From NCBI GenBank assembly GCA_963708025.1, contig CAVPSB010000013.1, positions 288,001 through 352,000 on the forward strand: DNA of 64,000 bases. The letters are read 5' to 3'. The notes beneath the pieces were generated by a model. The model had not been told where the DNA came from, ran no database searches, and was given only the letters and a program-made list of their open reading frames with translations. The stretch comes from an uncultured Candidatus Rokubacteria bacterium (lineage in GTDB: Bacteria > Methylomirabilota > Methylomirabilia > Rokubacteriales > DASRDR01). The translations under genes and the position numbers were made by a program. This document shows, one piece after another, positions 40,401 to 50,295 of the stretch. How positions within the stretch are numbered: position 1 is the stretch's first letter; every line of letters begins with the position of its first letter.

Positions 40401-42629
40401 GGCCTCGCCGGCCAGATGGTGGTCTCGGCCGAGGTGGGCGGGCCGGTGAGCGAGCCGGTGGCCACGGGCCGGATCGAGGCCCCCACGCTCGCGGCCGCGG
40501 GCGTCACCCTCGCCCGGGTCTCCGTCCCGTTCCGGCTCACGCGGACGGCCCTCCGGATCGAACGGGCCAGCGCGCGGCTCGGGCCGGATGCGCTCACCCT
40601 CGACGGCCAGGCGGCGCGAGCGGACGGCGGCTGGGGGGGACACGGGACGCTGGCGGCACCCAGGGTCGCCGTGGGGCGGTGGCCGATCGAGGAGCTCCGC
40701 GTCGGCTTCGCCGTGGACACCGAGCGGCTCGTCCTCACCGACGCGGCGCTCCGCGCCGCCGGCGTCCCGGTGCGCGCGACCGGGTCGTGGGCGTGGAGTG
40801 GAGGCGGCCGGCTGGAGGGCCACGTCGGTCCCGCGCGTCTCGGCGAGCTGCCGGGGGTGCCGCCGGCGCTGGGGTTCGAGGGCGTCGTGGCCGGGCGGTT
40901 CGGGGGGACGCTGCGGTCACTCGACGACGTCGCGGCGACCGCCGCGCTGGAGCTCGGCGAGGTCCGGGCCGCCGGCGTGGCGCTCGGCGCCGGCACGCTG
41001 GACCTGGATGCGCGCGGCCGCGCGTTCCACGCCCGCCTCGGCTTTCCGGGGCGGCGCCTGACCGCCACCGCCGAGGGCCGCACCGAGGCGGGGGCGGTGA
41101 TGGCCGTCCGCGCGGCGGTGGACGAGCTGGACCTCGCGGAGCTGGTGCAGCGGCTCGGGGCGGACGGCGCGCCGGCGGTCGAGGGCCGGGTGTCCGCCCG
41201 GCTCGTGGCCGACGTCCCGATCGACCGGCCCGCGGAGGCGCGCGGCACGCTCCACGTGGAGCCCCTCGACCTCCGCGTGGCCGGCGAGGCCCTGGCGAGC
41301 CGGGAACCGATCGTGGCGCGCTGGGACGCGGGGGGACTCCGGGTCGAGCGGTTCGCGCTCGAGGGCCGGGCGGGGCGCCTGACCGGCGAGGGCGCCTGGA
41401 AGGCGGACGGCGGGCTCGAGGCGGAGCTGCGCGGGCAGGTGCCATTGGCCCTGCTGGCGAGCCTCCGGCCGGAGGTGGAGCAGGCGACCGGGACCCTGGA
41501 GGTGACGGCGACGGTGACGGGTACGACGGCGGCGCCGGTCGTCGAGGGCCAGGGCACGGTCCGGGACGCGAGTCTCCGCTTCCGCGGATACCCGGAAGGC
41601 GTGCGGGACATCGAGGCGCGGCTGATCGGATCCCCCACCGGCCTGCGCCTCCTCGAGGCCCGGGGCGTGTTCGGCGGCGGCGCGGTCACGGCCTCCGGGG
41701 AAGCGGCACTGGCGGGCGGCACGCTCGGAGCGTATCGCGTGGCGCTCGGAGCCCGGCGGGTGGCGGTGGCGCCGATCGAGGGCCTCTCGACGCTGTGGGA
41801 CGGCGACCTCGAGCTGGCCGGACGGGGAGCGCGCGCCCAGCTCGCCGGCGAGCTGCGCCTCCTCCGCGGCGCCTACACGGGAGAGCTCGCGCCGGCGGCC
41901 GGGCGCCCCGCGGCGGGAGGCGGTCCAGCCGACGGCGGTCTCGCGCTCCCGCTTCGCGTCCTGGTCAAGCTCGACGACAACCTGGTCGTGCGGAATCGCA
42001 CCGCCCACCTGCGGGTCGGCGGCCAGCTGTCCGTCGAGGGATCCACGGCGCGGCCCGCCGTGCTGGGCGCGGTCGAGGTGCGCGACGGCACCATCGTCTT
42101 CCGGGATCGCCGCTTCACCGTGGTGACCGCGACGGCCCGCTTCCTCGACCCGCGCCGCATCGACCCGTTCCTGGACGCCGCGGCGACGGCGCGGATCCGC
42201 GCGTACGACGTCACCGCGCGGCTGAGCGGCCGCGCGGACAGCCTGGAGCTGCGCCTGCATTCGACCCCGCCGCTCTCCGAGGAGGACCTGCTGGCCCTGG
42301 TGGCCTTCGGGGTCACGCGCGCGGAGCTCGAGCAGTCGGCCACCGGGGTGGTGGCCGAGGAAGCGGCCCGGGTGATCGTCCGCGACCTGCTGGGCTTCGA
42401 AGGACCCGGCCCCATCGGCTCCAGCGACCCGAGCAAGCCCGCAAGTCGGCTCCAGGTGGGGACCCGGGTGGCCGAGCGGACGACGGTCCCGGGCCAGGCC
42501 CCCGACAGCCGGGGGGACCAGCGGGTCACCGTCGAGTACAAGCTCGCCGGCCCCCTCAGCGTCGTCGGCGAGCGCGGCGTCCGCGGAGGGTACTCGGCGG
42601 GACTGGTCCTTCGCCTTCGCTTCCGATGA
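37406..42629 (+). CDS. tamB: TamB/AsmA-like translocation-assembly protein with internal duplication and frameshift near 39015
   Basis: N-terminal anchor, repetitive beta-rich body, C-terminal DUF490-like LHSTPPLSEEDLLALVAFG..LVLRLRFR; upstream of an Omp85 gene. Confidence 0.85.
38481..39546 (+). repeat. Tandem duplication of about 530 bp inside tamB
   Basis: 38484-39014 repeated at 39016-39546 with about 15 substitutions; period 532. Confidence 0.92.
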
Positions 42630-45381
42630 CGGGGCTCCGCGCCGCGCTCCGCCCCGTCGTGGTGGCGTGCGCGATGCTGGCGGGCGCGCTCCCGGGCGCG
42701 GCCCGCGCCGGGGACGGCGGGCCGGCGGTGGTCGGCGTGGATGTCGTCGTGCCCGAAGGGGTCCCGGAGCCGCTCGTCCGCGAGGCGATCGGGGAGATGG
42801 CCGGGCGGCCTCGCTCGCGCCGCGCGGTCCGGGAGAGCCTGGAGCGCCTCTGGTCGCTGGGGCTCTTCGCCGACGTCCAGGTCGAGGAGGTCGAGGGGCC
42901 AGACGGGGTGCGTCTCCGGTATCGCCTGACCCCGCGGCCGCTCGTCCACCGCATCGCGTGGCGCGGCGACGCGGGGCTGGACCTCGCCCAGCTGGCCGGA
43001 GCCGCGGCGCTGGCGATCGGCGAGGAAGCGTCGCCCGAGCGGCTCGCGCGCGCCCGGGCGGACCTGCTCGCCCTCTATCGCCGCGAAGGATTCCTTGACG
43101 CCGTGGTCGACGTCGACTCCTCCGGCGGCGACGTGGCACGGGACGTCACGTTCGACCTCGCCGCGGGGGCGCCGGCGCGATTCGCCGACGTCCGCCTCGA
43201 GGGCACGCTGGGGCTGCCCGCCGAGACGGCGGTTGGGGTGCTCGGACTCGGCGCCGGCGACCGCTACCGGGAGGCCGCGGTGCGCGACCGGGTCCGGGCC
43301 CTCGAGGAGCGACTGCGCCGCGAGGGGTTCTTCGAGGCGCGCGTGACCGCGCGGCCGCCGTCGCGGGAGGCCGCTTCCGACCGGGTCGGCTCATCGTCGA
43401 CGTGGCCGCCGGCCGCCGATACGTGGTCACGTTCGCCGGTCGCCGCGCGCTGGCCGAGTCGCTCCTGCGAAGCCGGCTCACCTTCCTCGACAGCGGCGTG
43501 GTGGACGACTTCGAGGTCGAGGCGAGCGCCCGGCAGCTCGAGGCCGTGTACCGGGAGCGGGGATACGCCTTCGCCCGGGTGGCGGGAACGCTCGACGGCT
43601 CGGCCGACCCCCCGGCGCTCCGCTTCGACGTGACGGAGGGACCGCAGGTGCGCGTCGCCTCGGTCACCTTTCGCGGCAACGCCGCGCTCAGCACGAAGCG
43701 GCTGCAGGCGGCGGTCGCCACCAGGCCGCCCGCCCTTTTCCAGAAGGGGCTGTTCCGGCAAGACGTCCTCGACGGGGACCTGGCCGCGCTCCAGGCCCTC
43801 GCCCGGGCGGAAGGGTTCGCCGATGCGACCGTGGGGCCGGCTGACGTCCGCTTCGAGAACGGCCGGAGCCTCGCGCACGTCGTGATCCCGATCGTGGAGG
43901 GCACGCGCGTCACCGTCGGAGGCGTCGCGGTGGAAGGCCGGACGCTCGTCGCCGAGCCAGAGCTGCTCGCCGTCGTCGCGATCAGGCCGGGCGATCCCTG
44001 GAACCCCGCCCGGGTCGAGGACGGGCGGCGGGGCATCGAGCGGCTGTACGGGCGACGCGGGTATCCCGGGGCGACGGCCGACGCGGCGGTGACCCGCGAG
44101 GGCTCCCAGGTGGCGATCGTCTTCCGCGTCGCCGAGGGGAGCCCCACCCGCGTCGGGCGCATCCTGCTGCGCGGGCTCGTGGTGACGACGGAGGCCACCG
44201 TGCGCCGGCAGCTCGGCTTCGAGTCCGGCGATCTCTTCGACCCGGATCGTCTCCTCGGGGCCCAGCGGCGGCTCGAGCGGCCGGCGGCGCTGGCGAGCGT
44301 GGAGGTCGGGCCGCGACGGCCCGCCCCGACGCCCTTCGCCGACGTCGAGGTGAGCGTGGCGGAGCAGAAGCCCTGGCGGTTCGAGCTGGGCGCCGGCTAC
44401 GACACCGCCGAGGGCGCGCGCGGCTACCTCGAGCTGGGCCACGACAACCTCTTCGGGACCGCGCGGAGCGCCAGCGTGCGGATCAAGGAGGCCATCGGGG
44501 GCGACGCGATCAGGCGCCTCGAACGGCTCGACCTCGCCTATCGCGAGCCGTGGATCGCGGGGACGGACTGGCAGGCCGAGGCCGAGGTGTTCGCCGAGCA
44601 GACCGAGAACCTCGGCTACGACCTCGAGCGCCTGGGGCTCGTCGCCTGGGTCGGCGACGACCTCCTCAACCCGCGCGGCCCGCAGACCCTCCGCTATCAG
44701 CTTCGCTACCGGCTGGAGGGCGTGCGGACCTCGAACGTCAGCCCCGACCTCCAGGCGCAGGGTGTCCCGTCGGGCACCCAGCGCGTCGCCAGCCTCACCC
44801 CGGCCGCCGTGTGGGATTTCCGCGACGACCGCTTCAACCCCCGGCGCGGCAGCGTCCATCGAGTGTCACTCGAGGTGGCGCACGACGCCGTGGGTGGGGA
44901 CGTCGAGTTCGTGAAGAGCGAGCTCGCGACCAGCTGGTTCTTCTCCTGGCTGCCCCCCACCGTGCTCGCGTTCTCCGGTCGCCTCGGGCTGGCCTCCCCG
45001 TTCGGCCGGACGGACAGCCTGCCGATCGAGGACCGGTTCTTCACGGGCGGGAGCACGAGTGTCCGCGGGTTTCGCGAGAACCGGCTCGGCCCCCGCGATG
45101 CCGCCGGCAACCCGACCGGCGGCAACGCGCTGGTGGTGCTGAGCGCGGAGTGGCGCTTCCCGCTCTGGGGCTGGCTCGGCGGCGCCGTGTTCATCGACGC
45201 CGGCACGGTCACGCCGGAGGTCGGGGACCTCAGCCTGTCGGCGCTGCGGTCGGGCGCCGGCGCCGGCCTCCGGGTGGCGACGCCGGTCGGGCCGATCCGC
45301 CTCGACGCCGGCTACGCGCTCCAGCCGATTTCCGGCGAGAGTCGCTTCCAGGTCTACCTGACCGTGGGATTCCCCTTCTGA
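42626..45381 (+). CDS. Omp85 family protein (TamA/BamA-like, multiple POTRA domains); frameshift near 43390
   Basis: LWSLGLFADVQV, YRERGYAFARV, RFFTGGSTSVRGF, TPVGPIRLDAG, C-terminal GFPF. Confidence 0.9.
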
Positions 45382-46037
45382 TGCGGAGCCTCCGCGCCCT
45401 GGTCGTCCTCGGGGTCCTGGCGGCGGTGGCGACCGGCCGGACCGAGGTTCGCTTCGTCGACTCGGTCGTGGCCGAAGTGGACGGGGCGGTGGTCGCCGCG
45501 AGCGACGTCGCGCTGGCCCGTGCGCTGGGGCTCTTCGGCCTGGCGCCGGCAGCGGGACCGCTCTCGGCGGCGGAGCTCGAGCGCTACGCGGACAGCCGCC
45601 TCCTCCTCCGGGAGGCGACGCGGATCGGCGTGGAGGTCGCCGAGGCGGACCGGGCGGCGGCGTGGGACGCGGTCGCGGCCCGCGGGGGCGGCGAGACCAC
45701 GCTGGCGGCGTGGCTCGCGGCCGCCGACATCGACGTCGCCTGGGCGCGCCGGACGGTCGACGACGACCTGCGCATCCGTCGCTTCGTCGAGCTGCGCTTC
45801 CGCGCGCTCGCTTTCGTCTCGGAAGCCGAGCTGGCCGCCACGCTCGGACCCGGTGCCCACTCCGAGGCGGAGCGCGAGGCGGCGCGCGCCCGGCTCGAGG
45901 AGGACACCACCCGCCACCGCCTCGCGGAATGGCTTTCCGAGGCGCGGGCGCGTGGGATGGTTCACCGGCTCACCGGCCAGAGCGGTCAGGTGCCCGATCC
46001 GCTGCCCGGCCCTCCAGGCGCGGGCATCCGCCGCTGA
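45381..46037 (+). CDS. SurA N-terminal-like periplasmic chaperone
   Basis: Signal peptide then VDSVVAEVDGAVVAASDV; translationally coupled to the Omp85 gene. Confidence 0.6.
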   Translation: MRSLRALVVLGVLAAVATGRTEVRFVDSVVAEVDGAVVAASDVALARALGLFGLAPAAGPLSAAELERYADSRLLLREATRIGVEVAEADRAAAWDAVAARGGGETTLAAWLAAADIDVAWARRTVDDDLRIRRFVELRFRALAFVSEAELAATLGPGAHSEAEREAARARLEEDTTRHRLAEWLSEARARGMVHRLTGQSGQVPDPLPGPPGAGIRR

Positions 46038-46321
46038 TCCCCCGGGAGGCCGCGCCGCCTCCGATTCGTCTCTTGACCCCTGCGGCTTCCGGCCGCGGGA
46101 GTCGGAGCACCCGGCTCACGGCGACTCGGGCCGGGCGGACTCGGGGAGACGTGCGTGAGCCCCGCCCCTCCGGATGCAGTTGACGCCGGACTTGCCGGGA
46201 TGCGCCGCCGCCGCTTCCTCGAAGACCCGGCCCCGCTCAGTCGCGGCGCCCCCGACGACAGCGCAAGTATCCGAGCATCCCGGCATCGCCCCCGGTCCGG
46301 GGTGGCTTGTTGCTCGGGGTG

Positions 46322-46894
46322 TCACTGGACCTCGTTCTTCTTGAAACGCGAGCCCGAGAACGACAGATCCCCCATCAAGCCCTTGTCGCCGAAGATGAAG
46401 GACACGATGTCTTTCTTCAGATTGGTCGTATCGAGAGCGCCGCCAGCGCCCACCTTGGCCACGGCCACCGACGCATCCACGCCCATCTCCCATTCGCGCT
46501 CGCCCTTGGTGAACTTGGCCACCGCGTCGTCCGTGTTCAGCGCCAGGATCATCGAGTACGATGCGATGCCTACGAGGAGTCCCCCCTTGAGCGCCGACGT
46601 CCCGTAGTAGATCGACTTTGGGGCCCCCTTGGTCAGCACGCAGTTGCCTGACTCAATGCCGATGATAAAGCCCCCCTTGGTGATCTTCGGGCACACCAGG
46701 ACACCCTTGGCGTTGGCGAACACCGCCTCGGCGCCCTTCGTGTCTGCCTGGAACTTCGCCAGCGTGGCCTTCGCCTCGGCATCCAGCTTGGCCGCTTCCT
46801 GGGCCGTGAGGGCCGCCGCGGCCTGACCCGACAGGACCAGACCAACCGCCACGACACCGCTCATCAGGCCTGCAGTGATCCTTCGAGTGAACAT
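46322..46894 (-). CDS. Lipid-binding SYLF (Ysc84) domain exported protein
   Basis: AKGVLVCPKITKGGFIIGIESG, WEMGVDASVAVAKVG, GLMGDLSFSGSRF. Confidence 0.88.
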   Translation of the reverse strand: MFTRRITAGLMSGVVAVGLVLSGQAAAALTAQEAAKLDAEAKATLAKFQADTKGAEAVFANAKGVLVCPKITKGGFIIGIESGNCVLTKGAPKSIYYGTSALKGGLLVGIASYSMILALNTDDAVAKFTKGEREWEMGVDASVAVAKVGAGGALDTTNLKKDIVSFIFGDKGLMGDLSFSGSRFKKNEVQ

Positions 46895-47169
46895 GCGTCT
46901 CTCTCCTCTCAGTTAGTGAGCCCAGGCGCCGCCACGCACCTTGGTCATCGCACGCCTTGTGGCGCCTCTGCCCGGGAGACGCGGCGGCGCGGCATCAGTA
47001 TAGCGCCCCTCACGGCACGGCGCGAGGGGGCGCGCGCCCAATGCGCGCCCCACACCTTCAAGCCACCAGCACGTATCGTCGTTGACTACCTCCTCTCGGC
47101 GAGGACCGAGAAGGGGCCCCTCCCCGCTCCGGGGTGAGAGCCCGGAGCGGGTCGAGGGATGGGATCCAC

Positions 47170-47670
47170 CTACCGCGGCATCATGACTTTGTCGATGGCG
47201 TGAATCACGCCGTTGGTGGCCGGAATGTCCGCCTGGACCACCCTGGAGGTCTCGACCATGACGCCCGCGGTGCTCCCCGTGTTCACCCGGACGGGCTCGC
47301 CCAGCACCGTCTTGATCTCGCTGTACATCGTGAAAGTGCCGATCGGCACCTTGCCAGGGACGACGTGGTAGGTCAGGACCTTGGTGAGCGCCGCCTTGTT
47401 CTGGAGCAACGAGTCGAGGGTGCCCGCCGGCAGCTTGGCGAACGCCTCGTCGGTCGGCGCGAAGACCGTGAACGGACCGGGTTCCTTCAGCTTGTCGACC
47501 AGGCCGGCTTCGGTCAGCGCTCGCGTGAGGGTCTTGAAGTTACCTGCCTCGATGGCCGTGTCCACGATGTTCTTGGGGGCCTGGCTCAGCCCGGGCAGCG
47601 CGGTCCCGCTGAACAGCGCGGCGGCGACGGCGACGGCGGCGACGATGCGAGTGAACCTCCCGTTGAGCAT
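47170..47670 (-). CDS. Fasciclin domain protein
   Basis: NIVDTAIEAGNFKTL, FTVFAPTDEAFAKL, LTYHVV, NGVIHAIDKVMMP. Confidence 0.93.
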   Translation of the reverse strand: MLNGRFTRIVAAVAVAAALFSGTALPGLSQAPKNIVDTAIEAGNFKTLTRALTEAGLVDKLKEPGPFTVFAPTDEAFAKLPAGTLDSLLQNKAALTKVLTYHVVPGKVPIGTFTMYSEIKTVLGEPVRVNTGSTAGVMVETSRVVQADIPATNGVIHAIDKVMMPR

Positions 47671-47868
47671 ATCTCCTGGCTCCTTTTCTGATGCGGGCGC
47701 AGCCGCATCGGTCCTGCTGCCTACTCCCGCGGGAGCGCCGGGCAAGAACTGGCGACGCTCGGCATGCGGCCGACCCGGCGGACGTAGGCAGCGCACGCGT
47801 CCGGCGCTGGCTTCGAGATGCCCTGACACATCAAGGATGCTTCCACGTCGCGGTCAAAGGTCATGAGG

Positions 47869-49407
47869 TCAGGCCCCGCGGACGCTGCCCTCGCTCGGTC
47901 CCAGGCCCTCTCCGAGGGCGCGCGCGACGACGCGAGCGGCCGCCTCGCGAGAGCCCAGGCCGAAGGCGAGGGCCAGGGCCAGGCAGACGGCCCCGAAGAG
48001 CAGGACGAAGGCCCACACCACGATCGTCTCCCCGAAACCGATCTGTTGGAGCGCCATGGCGAAGGCAAAGATCACCACGGCATATTTCGCGAGGGCGGCG
48101 ATCGCCTGGGGACGACGGGCCCCTGTCCGCGCGAGCGGGCCCCCGACGAGCCCCTGCACCAGGTTCCCGGCCCAGAGTCCGACGCCGACAATGGCCGTCG
48201 CGATCACGACGTTGATCATGAAGGCCACCAGACGGTCCCCAAATCCCGCGAGTCGGTGAAGCCCGATGACCTCGAAGGTCTCGACGCTGGCAAAGACCAG
48301 GACGAGCGTCTGGACGGCCACCCCCGCAAGATCGGAGGGCGTCCTCCCTCCCGGCGACTGAAGCGCCGCCAGGCCAAGCCGTGCCGGCAGGCCATCGAAC
48401 CCGACGCCGCGGAGCAGCTGGGTCACGAGGTTCCCCACCAGTCGGCTGACGAGCCAGGCGAGGATCAGGAGCACGGCGCCCCCGAGTCCCTTCGGCACCC
48501 AGGCGAGGAGGGTATCGAGGGCGTTGATGGCGGGACGTGAGATCGCCTCGATCTTCAGCGCGTCGAGCCCCGCGATGATGAAGGGGATCCAGACCACGAA
48601 GTAGACGATCGTCCCCACGAGGGCTGACAGGCGCACCCCCCCGAGGGCCGGCGCGAGGCCGACGCGCTCCACCCCCCGGTCGAGGCCGACCCCGGCCAGA
48701 AGATTGCGGACCACCTGTCGAAGGATCCGCGCCACCACCCAGCCCAGTGCGATGCTGACGGCTGCCGCGGCCAGATTGGGGAGGTAGGAGAGGAGGATGC
48801 GCAGCATCTCGGAGAGCGGGGCCACGAGCGCGCCCTGTCCCAGGGCGGCGAGGAAGGGGGGGACCGCCAGGAGGAGCACGAGGTAGAAGGTCAGGGTTCC
48901 CATCGTCTGCGAGAGGCCGCGAGGGTCCGTCCCCTCGGGAACGAGGAAGTGGCCGAATCGCCGCTCGACGTCGAGCCGGGTGAGGGTACTCACGACCAGC
49001 AACCGGAGCAATCCGGCGAGGATCCAGGCCGCCACGAAGATCAGGCCGGCGTGAAGAACGCTTGGCGCGACTCGGGCGATCGCGTCCGCGACGCCCTTGA
49101 GGGGTTCGGCCACCAGCGTGAGCCCCACTTCATTGAAGAAGCCGATCCACACGAAGAGCATGATGACCCAGAACGTGATCCGCGCCGCCACCGACCGCAC
49201 CGCTTCGGGCGCGCCGGGCTTCGTGAGTCCGATGGCCTCGGCAGCCCGCGTGTCGAGCCTGGTGCGGCCCAGGGCCCGGCTCAGGAGCCCGGCGGCGATC
49301 TTGGCGACGACGTACCCGACCAGTAGGATGACCAGACCGAAGAGGAGAGATGGCAGGTCGGTGGCGATTCGCTGCACGGATGGCGCGAGGGTCTCGCTGA
49401 CTTTCAT
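47869..49407 (-). CDS. Mechanosensitive-channel-associated TM-helix repeat protein (CmpX-like)
   Basis: Repeated LPxLxxA..GWxVAR helix pairs; ALALAFGLGSREAA end. Confidence 0.82.
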   Translation of the reverse strand: MKVSETLAPSVQRIATDLPSLLFGLVILLVGYVVAKIAAGLLSRALGRTRLDTRAAEAIGLTKPGAPEAVRSVAARITFWVIMLFVWIGFFNEVGLTLVAEPLKGVADAIARVAPSVLHAGLIFVAAWILAGLLRLLVVSTLTRLDVERRFGHFLVPEGTDPRGLSQTMGTLTFYLVLLLAVPPFLAALGQGALVAPLSEMLRILLSYLPNLAAAAVSIALGWVVARILRQVVRNLLAGVGLDRGVERVGLAPALGGVRLSALVGTIVYFVVWIPFIIAGLDALKIEAISRPAINALDTLLAWVPKGLGGAVLLILAWLVSRLVGNLVTQLLRGVGFDGLPARLGLAALQSPGGRTPSDLAGVAVQTLVLVFASVETFEVIGLHRLAGFGDRLVAFMINVVIATAIVGVGLWAGNLVQGLVGGPLARTGARRPQAIAALAKYAVVIFAFAMALQQIGFGETIVVWAFVLLFGAVCLALALAFGLGSREAAARVVARALGEGLGPSEGSVRGA

Positions 49408-49585
49408 GTGGCACCTCCCATGGTGTGGTCGATGAACCCCACGTGTTTCATCTCAACCCCTTCGGTGCGTCGAGACTCGGACCGCCGCTAATGATCCGTG
49501 CGCGGCTGCCTCGATCCCTCCTGTACCTTTCCCGGGTCAACGGCCGCGAGCGCGGCGACCCGGATAAGCCGCTGTTGCCGAGCCG

Positions 49586-49837
49586 TCAGCCATCTCGAGA
49601 CGATTCGATGCCGGCCAGCATCGCCTTGACGAACGCGAGCAGGTCGTCGATCGACGCGAACCGCGATCGGCGGCCCGTCTGCAGATGCTCGATCCGCTCC
49701 GCGACGGTTCCCAGCCGGGCGTCGGTCTCGGCACCGAACTGCACCACGAAGGCATTCGAGAACGGCAGCAGCTGCCGGTTCTCGGCCCGGTCTGGAACGG
49801 GGCTTTCCGCTCTTTCACGAGGATCGTCATGCGCCAT
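49586..49837 (-). CDS. Small conserved hypothetical protein (83 aa)
   Basis: AFVVQFGAETD..RIEHLQTGRRSRFASIDDLLAFV; globular-looking; recalled as a neighbour of wHTH-ATPase regulators. Confidence 0.7.
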   Translation of the reverse strand: MAHDDPRERAESPVPDRAENRQLLPFSNAFVVQFGAETDARLGTVAERIEHLQTGRRSRFASIDDLLAFVKAMLAGIESSRDG

Positions 49838-49878
49838 GATCTCGCCCGCCGTCCATCGGCATACTGCCCCGGCTGTCC

Positions 49879-49916
49879 GGCGGAAGTCCTGAGGGAAACC
49901 GCAAATTTCTCCAAAA
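49879..49916 (+). promoter_or_regulatory. 38-bp conserved upstream motif, copy 2
   Basis: GGCGGAAGTCCTGAGGGAAACCGCAAATTTCTCCAAAA. Confidence 0.7.
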
Positions 49917-49964
49917 CCCTGGTCCGAGGCTGTGCGACGCGATCCTTGTCGTTACCCTACTAAA

Positions 49965-50212
49965 CCCCAATCGGCGAATAAGCGCAGGGTGACAGTGCGG
50001 GGAACATGAATCAAAGAGGCTTCCAATGCGCTCTTAAGGGAGAACACGCCAATGCACTCCCTCTAGCACTGGAGGCCCCTCTGATGCGCTTGAGCGTAGC
50101 GCGCTTGCGGCGGGTGGTCAAGCGTGATCTCACGATCCAGTTCGTCCCCCAGGCGCTCACGTCGTACGGCGGCCTGGAGCTGCTCGGGCGCTATCTGCAC
50201 CGGGTGGACCTG
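49965..50212 (+). mobile_element. IS1380-family remnant (left end plus about 43 codons of transposase)
   Basis: ATG 50084 with GGAGG: MRLSVARLRRVVKRDLTIQFVPQALTSYGGLELL; candidate left end CCCCAATCGGCGAATAA; lower GC. Confidence 0.65.
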
Positions 50213-50253
50213 CAACACAATGGCCGTTCTCGGGCATGGCCTCCCCAGGGGGG
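50210..50253 (-). repeat. dif-like site 1 (outer arm degenerate) plus conserved flank
   Basis: Reverse complement ATGCCCGAGAA-CGGCCA-TTGTGTTGCAG; 40/41 identical to 53506-53546. Confidence 0.75.
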
Positions 50254-50295
50254 ATCCCGGGCGAGAAACGCAGTCAACCGGTGGCCGCGCGCCGC

